Origin: a virus
Length of the DNA: 64,000 bases
IMG/VR virus record: IMGVR_UViG_3300044627_004253
Location: 2,513 to 66,512 of that record
Strand: one strand, 5' to 3'
Shown: one piece after another, positions 36,003-44,491 of the stretch
Position numbering within the stretch: the stretch's first letter is position 1
Layout of the letters: every line of letters starts with the position of its first letter
The notes under the pieces: generated by a model
What the model saw: the letters and a program-made list of their open reading frames with translations, nothing else
Databases searched by the model: none
Told to the model about the DNA's origin: nothing
Position numbers and translations under genes: made by a program

Positions 36003-37264
36003 TTTAGATATTTAACAATAAGTCCCATAGCTTCTTCTGTCGGCATGTCGCCTATGTCTTTATATTGCTTCGGGGGAGCAATAAATTCAACGGCGGACAA
36101 TCTGTCTTGCATGACCTGCATGGCTCCAATTTTGAATTCTGTACCTGCTGTGTCATTATCGGATATAAATACTAACTTTTTAAATTTGTTACCAAGTATA
36201 TCCGCGTGTTTTTCGCTGAAGTATTTTCCGAGTAGTGCGACACCCCCGGGGCCTATCCTACCAGCGTCGAGTGGGCCTTCCGTAACAAAAACAACAGGGC
36301 GGGCTAAACCCATGTTTTTATTAAATTCAACTGCAGCGTCTATGCCCATAATTGTTTCATTACGAAGCATACCAAATGCAGTTTTATACTTGGAAGGCTT
36401 CCAAAGTATCTCATAGTTTTCTAGCTTAATTTCTATCCCAGGGATAGCTGTCCATTTACCTGTTTTTTCATTCTTCTGCTCTGCCAGTGTCCAAGTATTT
36501 TTGTATGGATGCCAATAGTATTTATTCGCACCTTCAACATTTTCAATAATTCTCGCTTGCCACCCTACCTGAACACCATTGATAAAAGAATAAAATATAA
36601 TCCTACCTTGAGGTGTGTCCCGAAAATCTAATGGCAACTTTTTATAAAAGATTCCCTTGGCGGGTAATTCAGGATGCTCCGCGTAGCAGTACGAGCATTT
36701 GAATTGCCTATATAAGGATTTTAAATTGTAACCTCTATTTACTAGATAGGCCACAGCGGGATGCGCTGGAGGTAAATCAGTGATAGGTGTTACCATCCCT
36801 GGATCTCTAGGAATCAAGTTACCCTTACCATCCTCTACTAAGCTGGCAGCTTTTAGAGTGGCAGCGTAAATAATATTTGAAGATATATTAGGGAGTCCTC
36901 TTTTTTCTAAAGGAGGATATTTTTTCTCATTTAACAAATCAGAAACTTTATATCGTGTAGATGTCTTGTGACATATAGCGCTAAAATCTCGCGCCATATC
37001 ATCGATCAAAGCACCATGCTTGATAAGCCAATCATCTGTTTGTTTATACCTAGAAGCATTGACGGTTAAATGTTTACTATATACTTCTTTCTTGCCGTCA
37101 GTTTTAATACATTCAGGAGAAGGTAAATAAATATGATAACCGTTGGCTTCATTCCGAATAACAGACGGACCATGGATCCGACTTAAGGCCTCTGCTAATA
37201 TTCTCACTTCCCGGGGAATTGTCGACATCGATAACCCCTGTGTGCTGCCTACTTCCATTTGCAT
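35999..37264 (-). CDS. dnaG: DNA primase (TOPRIM)
   Basis: YLVNRG, GRIIF, GWQAR, VTEGPLDA, ALLG, SDNDTAG, KDIGDM. Confidence 0.85.
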   Translation of the reverse strand: MQMEVGSTQGLSMSTIPREVRILAEALSRIHGPSVIRNEANGYHIYLPSPECIKTDGKKEVYSKHLTVNASRYKQTDDWLIKHGALIDDMARDFSAICHKTSTRYKVSDLLNEKKYPPLEKRGLPNISSNIIYAATLKAASLVEDGKGNLIPRDPGMVTPITDLPPAHPAVAYLVNRGYNLKSLYRQFKCSYCYAEHPELPAKGIFYKKLPLDFRDTPQGRIIFYSFINGVQVGWQARIIENVEGANKYYWHPYKNTWTLAEQKNEKTGKWTAIPGIEIKLENYEILWKPSKYKTAFGMLRNETIMGIDAAVEFNKNMGLARPVVFVTEGPLDAGRIGPGGVALLGKYFSEKHADILGNKFKKLVFISDNDTAGTEFKIGAMQVMQDRLSAVEFIAPPKQYKDIGDMPTEEAMGLIVKYLK

Positions 37265-38642
37265 ACAATCTATCTAAAAAGTTTAATTGGTTAAAGAACC
37301 TATCCAGTTTTCTGTTGCTCAGCTTATTAACAAATAACATACAGCGCAAAGCTCCAGCTGTCTTGAAGCGATGTTTATCAACTTCTTTCCAATTAATAAA
37401 TTTAAGATTGTTAAACTTTTTTATAAAGTCATATACAGTCAAATCAGTGGATAATTCTTTATAAAATCTTTCTTTAAATTTAGAGACAATAGAAGGTAGC
37501 AAGTCTTTATCAAAATTAGGCATTAGGCTTAAAATAATCAATGTAGCATATACAGGCAAAGAAGGATGTCCGTTTATTTCATTACATATGGAATCAAAAG
37601 ATAAATATTTATGCTTATTGGGGAGATTCAAAAATTTACCATAATGTTTATAAACTAAATGAATTGTGTTGTTCAAATATTTTTCAGTACTTCCTTCAGC
37701 CATTTCATTTATTTGATCCGCAATGCAGTCCAGTTCTTCTTTTCTTACTACGCTAGTGTGTTCATTTAGAATGTCTTCAAAGTTACGAATTATATCAATC
37801 AGGTTATAGGCGAGCTTTTTTTCAATAATAATTTTACAAATAGCATCGACGCTTTCAGGCGTAATGACCAAAGAGTCAATTCGCCGGGAAGCGCTTCTAG
37901 CTGCGGCAGGTATAAGCATACCGTCGCTAGAGACAGCGCTAAGCTTCTCGATCATTTCGTACTCCCGGGGATTAGAATCCTGATCCGTGAGACGATCATA
38001 GCAGCCCTTGGAGGTGTAGAACGTATGCTCTGTACCATCACCGGGAGCTCCGTCTTCGTGGTTTCTTAAAAATCTTTGGTGCCGGAGGGATATTCTGTCC
38101 TCCGGACCAAATTCATTTTTTATATCATCCCCGGAAGAATTAGAAATGGTTTGGTTCTCTTCTCTGGTTTCAACCAGAGAACCTTTAGGAGAGTTATTAA
38201 ACTCTCTAAATTGAGCGCGCAAATTACGTCTCATTGTAGCATGAGCGATCTGCATCTTACGTTTCATCTCTTTTGTATTGATACGGTAGAATGTGCCCAT
38301 CCTTCTACCGTGTCTAATAGCATTTAATTCGAGTATTACTCCGTCGCGTTTTAATGCGGTAAAATACATATCACCTTTGCGTTCTTTAAAGTTAAGCTTC
38401 TCGCATACCCAAGTTTTGGAAGCAAATTTACCCTGATCATTCATGCACTTAATCAGCGCCGTAACTTCCGCTTTGGTTCTTTCCTCTGTGTCCGTGAAAT
38501 TAAATTTTATAGTAATTTCAGGTACGTCGTCATTCATGGCCATTACCATGGTGTCAGGAATGCTAACGGTGTTATGAGCTACGTATGTGCGGCTCTTTCT
38601 AAACGTGATCGAGTCCAAGGCAGGGGATGCTTTCCAAATCAT
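37149..38642 (-). CDS. hypothetical replication-associated protein with possible winged HTH
   Basis: between primase and helicase; SKTWVCEKLNF...YFTALKRDGVI. Confidence 0.5.
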   Translation of the reverse strand: MIWKASPALDSITFRKSRTYVAHNTVSIPDTMVMAMNDDVPEITIKFNFTDTEERTKAEVTALIKCMNDQGKFASKTWVCEKLNFKERKGDMYFTALKRDGVILELNAIRHGRRMGTFYRINTKEMKRKMQIAHATMRRNLRAQFREFNNSPKGSLVETREENQTISNSSGDDIKNEFGPEDRISLRHQRFLRNHEDGAPGDGTEHTFYTSKGCYDRLTDQDSNPREYEMIEKLSAVSSDGMLIPAAARSASRRIDSLVITPESVDAICKIIIEKKLAYNLIDIIRNFEDILNEHTSVVRKEELDCIADQINEMAEGSTEKYLNNTIHLVYKHYGKFLNLPNKHKYLSFDSICNEINGHPSLPVYATLIILSLMPNFDKDLLPSIVSKFKERFYKELSTDLTVYDFIKKFNNLKFINWKEVDKHRFKTAGALRCMLFVNKLSNRKLDRFFNQLNFLDRLYANGSRQHTGVIDVDNSPGSENISRGLKSDPWSVCYSE

Positions 38643-38697
38643 AAGGGCGCGGATTTTAAACAGGATTGCCTACACGGCAAGAAGAAAAATGCAAAAT

Positions 38698-40212
38698 TTA
38701 CGTCCAGGGCATTATCCTTTGATACTCATATTCTCGCTTCACCGGAATAGCTTTGGCCTCTGCAAATCTGGACTTAGATATAAATAGGAATTGCTTGATC
38801 GCGTACGTAGCCGCGTCTTCCAAATCAATTCCTCCTCTATGATCTTTTCTTTTTTTACTTTTATCTTGATCTAGCTGTCTTGCGTACTCTTCAGAATAAA
38901 GACTGGAGATGCCTACGATAGCCGAATAATTTCGACCCATTGTTTTACACTCAGATAAATCCATTGAATCTATTTTGACTTTATTAACAGAAGACGGGAC
39001 AGCCTGGGCGAAGGCTATAGCTACAAAGTTTCTTTTGCGACATAGCTCTTCTAACGCATCCGCAGCGGCCTGATAAATATGGCGCGTTTTGTCCCCCGCT
39101 TCAGCCATGGAACCGAGAGCGCCACCGATCCAGTCTAGAATAACGTAATCTACCTTACGTCCTGCGTCGGCTTCATATGTATCTATCTCATCTTCTATTT
39201 TCCTTATAAAATTAATATCAGCTTGCTTCTGAAAGTTACCCCAGTTAATAAACTGAGCTGACCCGGAATTAAGCAGCATAACTTTTTGGCGAAACTCTAA
39301 ATATCTTATTTTCTCCCCTGCTGTTAACTTGTCTTTAAATATACCTTGGCTAATGCTGCGGTGAGGAATACTGCAGCGGCTAGATATTATTCTCCGATAA
39401 AGTTCATCGTGTTTTTGCTCTGTGGATATATAAAGGCCAAACGCATTATTACTATATGAAAATGCGCAAGCAAGCTGACAAGCAATAATAGTTTTACCGG
39501 ACCCTGTACCGCCTATGAAAAGATAAGCGTGCCCTTTGCGGAATGAAGATATTGCTTCATTCAACCTGGGGATATCGCAATCTAAGGCTTCAACAATTAT
39601 TTTGTTAGGGTCATCAAATTCATCTATTTCAGACAATTTAATTCTATCGGGTACATCCTTTAGAATTTTACTCCCGTTATCTAGGGAATTAATTAATTCA
39701 ACATCCTTGTCACAAAGAAGAGAAAGGTCATCGAGATTTACACCCAGCAGAGAAGCGCTGTTTATAATTTTCTTAGCTCGGACGGTCTTTAAATAATACG
39801 TAATACCTGTGTTGACAAGATATACTATATTAGAATCGCACTCTAAATTAGCTATACTATTTTCAAAATAACTGACAAGCTCCTCAACTTCAGACAGCAT
39901 TACAGACTCGCCTTTACTGGCTTTTTCTGTTAAGAATATTCGAAGTTGATTTACTGCTACAGGTTTAAAAACTTTTTCTCCGGCACCTTCAAATAAACTA
40001 TTGTATGATTTAATTACCTCATACAATATATTATTATAGGTGTTTTCAAAGTCATCTGTATGTTTGTCTTTAGTTCCTGATTTTAAACAGAGAACCAATT
40101 TAAACTTTTTAAAACTTTGCATGTCATTGCGACACACAGCTAGAATAGCTTTCTCGAACCACTCTTTATTTTTATCTATGTATACTTCTAATTCTTTTGG
40201 GCATGCAGCCAT
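38698..40212 (-). CDS. dnaB: DnaB-like replicative helicase
   Basis: GGTGSGKT, YISTEQ, YVILDW, AFAQ, ISKSRF. Confidence 0.85.
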   Translation of the reverse strand: MAACPKELEVYIDKNKEWFEKAILAVCRNDMQSFKKFKLVLCLKSGTKDKHTDDFENTYNNILYEVIKSYNSLFEGAGEKVFKPVAVNQLRIFLTEKASKGESVMLSEVEELVSYFENSIANLECDSNIVYLVNTGITYYLKTVRAKKIINSASLLGVNLDDLSLLCDKDVELINSLDNGSKILKDVPDRIKLSEIDEFDDPNKIIVEALDCDIPRLNEAISSFRKGHAYLFIGGTGSGKTIIACQLACAFSYSNNAFGLYISTEQKHDELYRRIISSRCSIPHRSISQGIFKDKLTAGEKIRYLEFRQKVMLLNSGSAQFINWGNFQKQADINFIRKIEDEIDTYEADAGRKVDYVILDWIGGALGSMAEAGDKTRHIYQAAADALEELCRKRNFVAIAFAQAVPSSVNKVKIDSMDLSECKTMGRNYSAIVGISSLYSEEYARQLDQDKSKKRKDHRGGIDLEDAATYAIKQFLFISKSRFAEAKAIPVKREYEYQRIMPWT

Positions 40213-40835
40213 ATCAAAATATTTTTTATTGGATACCCTAGTAGCTCCGCTGCGCGGTACATATGCGGGCGACTGTTGTAAAAGTTCAAGGCTTCTTCAC
40301 CAAAAAATAGTTTAACTTTTTCGTTACCGAAACCTAGAAGCACACGGATGTGTGCCGGGTAGCTGGTGGTTAAGCTGTTAATATATTCAATAGTTGTAGC
40401 ATTGATTTCAGACTCTCCAGTTAAACGTATCAAAGATCTAGTCGTTAATTCAATATCGTATTTTAAATTATAAACATGTTCATTAGCTGCTTCATCGCCA
40501 AACATAACATCTTTACCTTGAGCCTCTGCGTCACGCACCGTCTGCTTAAACTTAACCCTTGAGGCTGTGTAATCTGTGTACCATTTTCTACATGCCTGTC
40601 CGTACATGGCATTAGGAAAAGGACCCAAGTTATTTTTACAGTTAGCAAAGGCCGCATCAACAAAAACCTCCGGCGTAGCATTTAGCTCTAAACAAAGTAG
40701 AGCTGCTTTCTGCCAGTGTACAAACTCAGCGTTGTTACCTCTAAGTTTAAACTTACTGGAAAACGCAGAATTTTTTCTTTCTAAATAATATTTTCTTATT
40801 TCTCGAGCTACAGCGTCAATGTGGTCTGCGTTCAT
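40188..40835 (-). CDS. hypothetical protein
   Basis: 215 aa, overlaps the dnaB start. Confidence 0.65.
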   Translation of the reverse strand: MNADHIDAVAREIRKYYLERKNSAFSSKFKLRGNNAEFVHWQKAALLCLELNATPEVFVDAAFANCKNNLGPFPNAMYGQACRKWYTDYTASRVKFKQTVRDAEAQGKDVMFGDEAANEHVYNLKYDIELTTRSLIRLTGESEINATTIEYINSLTTSYPAHIRVLLGFGNEKVKLFFGEEALNFYNSRPHMYRAAELLGYPIKNILIWLHAQKN

Positions 40836-41077
40836 TATTTTCTTAACACAGCTATATAATTTCTATCTATGTCCAGTTTACGTCTATATATACGTAATGG
40901 GTAGCGGAATTCTAAGTCAGCTAGGTTGTCTGGGTTACTCACCCAAACAGCCATTGCTGTCTTAGTCTTAAACTTATTAAGTATGATCCAGCCTTGCTCG
41001 GCATCTAAATCTTCAACTGTTTTGAAGATTTTTTCTGCTCTAGCTTTATCCTGATAATATTTAGTTCTCGCTCCCAT
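40835..41077 (-). CDS. small hypothetical protein
   Basis: 80 aa ORF, stop overlaps next start. Confidence 0.55.
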   Translation of the reverse strand: MGARTKYYQDKARAEKIFKTVEDLDAEQGWIILNKFKTKTAMAVWVSNPDNLADLEFRYPLRIYRRKLDIDRNYIAVLRK

Positions 41078-41337
41078 TTTGGTATTTCATCTGGTTTCAA
41101 AGGTTCACCTATTTCCCACGGATGTCTGCCTCCGTCAAGATAATCATTGGCCAACCAAATGGCCACGCACCCACTATAATTTATTTCTTTATTATTTTTA
41201 TTTCTAACTTTACCGTCTGCCCATTCTATGCCTTTTATTTCGGCTATGGTTAGCGTAAGATCGTCTACAACCATATCGCCTACTTTCCATGGTATAGGTA
41301 AAGTGTAATTAACAAATCGTTTAAAAAAGTTTTTCAT
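41005..41337 (-). CDS. hypothetical protein
   Basis: 110 aa ORF. Confidence 0.55.
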   Translation of the reverse strand: MKNFFKRFVNYTLPIPWKVGDMVVDDLTLTIAEIKGIEWADGKVRNKNNKEINYSGCVAIWLANDYLDGGRHPWEIGEPLKPDEIPKWERELNIIRIKLEQKKSSKQLKI

Positions 41338-41339
41338 AT

Positions 41340-41510
41340 TTACTTCGTTTTTAAAATTCTAGATATCCTTCGTGCAAGCAACGCTGCGCCCTTACGTTCT
41401 GAGCGCTGCCACACTGTAAAATTTTCAAAACCTACTTTTTTATAATTTCTATTGTCACGTAAAGCTTTAGCGCACTGCGCACGGATAAGGTCAATAATTT
41501 TTTTATTCAT
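41340..41510 (-). CDS. 56-aa basic peptide
   Basis: MNKKIIDLIRAQCAKALR...; ATGA overlap with the helicase stop. Confidence 0.5.
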   Translation of the reverse strand: MNKKIIDLIRAQCAKALRDNRNYKKVGFENFTVWQRSERKGAALLARRISRILKTK

Positions 41511-43981
41511 AAAGCCTTTTCTTTAAAAGATTGTTCAAGTTCATTATAGCTATCTACAATTATAATTTCATAACCTTTTTCCATATAAGTTTTTACACGA
41601 GCCATGGACTCGCGATTTAAAGCCATAGCCCCAGCTCCCCTGGCCTGTCCCATACTAAACATGAAATCGAATACGACGCCACATTTTTTATCAGGTCTGA
41701 CCTCAGCAAGTCTCCCGGGTTTCTGGATAGTAGATGTGTTTGCTCCTCCTCCACTTAGATTTATTAGAGCTCTAACATGATTGAAGGTCACGCCCTGCGC
41801 ATAAATTTCGCTAGCTAAACAACGTTTAATCTCGTCGCCTCGCATACGCTCCATCAATGCTTCTCGTTCCTTCTTTGTCATACGCTTGGCCATTGCAATT
41901 GTTCCGTCTTGGCCTATCCAGTCTAGATAATACTCTGCTTGGTCTTCATTTTTAATGAATAGCAAAGTTTGCCATTCTTGCGGTAGCAGTTCATGACAAA
42001 TCCATTTAACGGCTTTTGCTACACGCTCCCCTTGAAACAACTGACTTTTATACGCGCGGTCTCTGTCATCTAATTGTCCGTTCAATGGTACTACAATCAT
42101 GTAAACTATTAAAGGGCAAACCGCTCCCTCGGCTACCGCTTCTTTAAAAGTTCTTTCTGCCAGCACGGGCCCTATCAAAGCTTCAATCAGAATATCGCGT
42201 TGATCAAACCTGCCTTTTAAAGTAGCACCATAACCAAATCTACGCGCCTTATCGAATTTAGCTAATTCAGGTAAGCGGCTATTTGTAACGCAAGCATGTG
42301 GTTCATCTATTAATAATAATTTACAAGCGCTAGCATCGCATTTATGCAAACTATCCATACTAGCAACATTAATATCATCACCGGGCGCTTGAGTGGATCC
42401 TGCGCCTATAAGTTTCACTTCTCTATGAGGTAAAGATTCTTTTAGATCTTCGTATAATTGCTTTACCAAATCTGCACCTGGGGCCGTGACCACAGTATTG
42501 ACGTTTGGAAATGCACGTAGCGTATTTTTAATGAGCGTTGTATTATGCGTGATTGTGCAGTCACCTAGAAGGAACAATTTATCAGGCCCTTCTAACTCAA
42601 ACCCGTAATAATTATCGTATCCTATAAATTCAACTTTAAAACCTACGTTTAAACAATTAAATTTATTTTTACGTATTCTCTTTTTACGATGTACCCTAAA
42701 TGGTATTTCATTAGTAGCGCCTCTAATCATAACACGCCAGTAAATACCTTCAGTTCCATTCTGAGAATGTTTAGTGACTTCTTTACATGTAGCGCCAAAT
42801 CCTAAGCTGTTACATAAGAACGCAACATCCTCTGCTAGCTTTTTATGTTTAGATATAAAACCGCAATTACTTATACCGTTGCTTTCACCGTCAGTATCCA
42901 GTAATCCTGCCAACAACTCCAACCGCTGTTTTCTATCTGCTAGTAAGTATTCTTTTCTTATGCCTTCGTGTTTACTCCTATAAACAAAACATTGGCTTAT
43001 AAAGTTTGTATCTCTGCACGTATTTCCCGTGCCTTTATTCAGCACATAGCGCTTAGTAGTTGCCAAACCTGCTTGTGTGATATTATCAGATAATAGCAAA
43101 GAACTCTGCGAGGCCCACCGATCTATTTCTTCCCAGACTTCAGGCTCAGCGTTGGTAAAAGTAATTCCATCGCTGTGCCCAGCGCCTAGCCAAGCACCGT
43201 AAATATAAGCAGGGATGAAGTGTTCTTGCGTACTAAATACCAATTCAGCACGTCGCATTTTTCGAACATGCTTAAACCATTTAGTATTTTTGATCCACTC
43301 TTTAACCGATATATTTTCAGTTTCACCTGCCCGATTCCATTTATTATTCTTAGACTCATTTGTACGCTGCACATGTAGAATATGATCTTCATTGCATGTC
43401 CATGTCATTCCTTTATAATTTGGAATAACTTTATACATTTTACCGTAGCCCACGATACAGCCTGTTACTTTACGTGGTTTAGAATCAGGCCCCATTACAA
43501 AATCACCATCTTTTATGTCTTGAACAAATTTAATTGTCCCATCAAACATTAAAACTGGCGTATTTAAACCCAAACATTTTCCGTACCTTGTTGGTGCGCC
43601 CAGTAAACCGCTGCAATTAGTATTAAGAAAAGCAGTAAGAAGTTCCTGCTGCCTAAATCTAAACCCACACATAAGATCCAATCTAGGTTTTGGAAAAGGT
43701 ACGCGTAAATCATAAAAATTAATTTTAAAACCTTCTTGTTCTAGAAAGGTTTTAACTTTAGACCACATACCCTGCATAGTCTGAATAACATTATAACCGT
43801 CAGTATTTTTTATTACTGTATACAATTTATTAACAGATACCTTGGTTATTTTTTTCCAAGGATTGTTAGGATCTTGAATTAAAGATTTTTCTTTATAGGT
43901 TAGAAATTTTTCTAACTTCGCGTTTGAGGGGGCCAACGTTAATACGGAGTCATCCCACATTAAATGAATTTCTTTGCTCAT
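41507..43981 (-). CDS. superfamily 2 (UvsW/SSL2-like) helicase containing an intein
   Basis: APTRYGK|TT, LIDEPH, GYGAT, QGVT, QKPGR. Confidence 0.85.
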   Translation of the reverse strand: MSKEIHLMWDDSVLTLAPSNAKLEKFLTYKEKSLIQDPNNPWKKITKVSVNKLYTVIKNTDGYNVIQTMQGMWSKVKTFLEQEGFKINFYDLRVPFPKPRLDLMCGFRFRQQELLTAFLNTNCSGLLGAPTRYGKCLGLNTPVLMFDGTIKFVQDIKDGDFVMGPDSKPRKVTGCIVGYGKMYKVIPNYKGMTWTCNEDHILHVQRTNESKNNKWNRAGETENISVKEWIKNTKWFKHVRKMRRAELVFSTQEHFIPAYIYGAWLGAGHSDGITFTNAEPEVWEEIDRWASQSSLLLSDNITQAGLATTKRYVLNKGTGNTCRDTNFISQCFVYRSKHEGIRKEYLLADRKQRLELLAGLLDTDGESNGISNCGFISKHKKLAEDVAFLCNSLGFGATCKEVTKHSQNGTEGIYWRVMIRGATNEIPFRVHRKKRIRKNKFNCLNVGFKVEFIGYDNYYGFELEGPDKLFLLGDCTITHNTTLIKNTLRAFPNVNTVVTAPGADLVKQLYEDLKESLPHREVKLIGAGSTQAPGDDINVASMDSLHKCDASACKLLLIDEPHACVTNSRLPELAKFDKARRFGYGATLKGRFDQRDILIEALIGPVLAERTFKEAVAEGAVCPLIVYMIVVPLNGQLDDRDRAYKSQLFQGERVAKAVKWICHELLPQEWQTLLFIKNEDQAEYYLDWIGQDGTIAMAKRMTKKEREALMERMRGDEIKRCLASEIYAQGVTFNHVRALINLSGGGANTSTIQKPGRLAEVRPDKKCGVVFDFMFSMGQARGAGAMALNRESMARVKTYMEKGYEIIIVDSYNELEQSFKEKAL
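42542..43576 (-). mobile_element. intein (345 aa) in Walker A with in-frame LAGLIDADG domain
   Basis: GK|CLGLNTPV, CNEDHIL, GAWLGAG, LLAGLLDTDG, YYGFEL, ITHN|TT. Confidence 0.92.
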
Positions 43982-44008
43982 AACAATAGTACCTACTGCA
44001 GTATAAAA

Positions 44009-44491
44009 TTAAAGAGGAATCAGTTCCTCTACATCAAATCTACCATAGCCGTACTGCCCGCCCCAAGGGCTAAGACCTAAAAACATACCAGTGAACCTGA
44101 ATATGTCTGAAAGCCTAGCCACATCTGGAGCGAACAATGTTTCTTTATCTGTTCTCGTAACTAATATTTTAATATTCAATACCGTATTTTCGCGAATAGC
44201 TTCAAACATCTCAAACTGCTGTTTGCCTTTGTTTGTGTAATTGCGTCGGTATAAAACTAATTTAGGCGGATCTATATTCATCTGAGGACGAATAGTATCC
44301 GTGTCAATATCATCCATATGTAAAGCTTCCGCTGCTTGCTTAAAAGTCCACCCCCACTGAGCTAGATCCACAGCTAGTTTGCTGTCACTGTCCCGGCGGA
44401 ATCTTCGTACATTTTCACGTGTTCGTTGATTGCCTAGCCAGGAGGCTGTTAGTTTAATTTTAAGATTGTACAGCGTAGCTAAATCACTCAT
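44009..44491 (-). CDS. RAMP/Cas7-like (RRM-fold) protein
   Basis: YNLKIKLTASWLG, FRRDSD...FKQAAEAL, FEAIRENT, C-terminal G-loop FTGMFLGLSPWGGQYGYGRFDV. Confidence 0.55.
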   Translation of the reverse strand: MSDLATLYNLKIKLTASWLGNQRTRENVRRFRRDSDSKLAVDLAQWGWTFKQAAEALHMDDIDTDTIRPQMNIDPPKLVLYRRNYTNKGKQQFEMFEAIRENTVLNIKILVTRTDKETLFAPDVARLSDIFRFTGMFLGLSPWGGQYGYGRFDVEELIPL

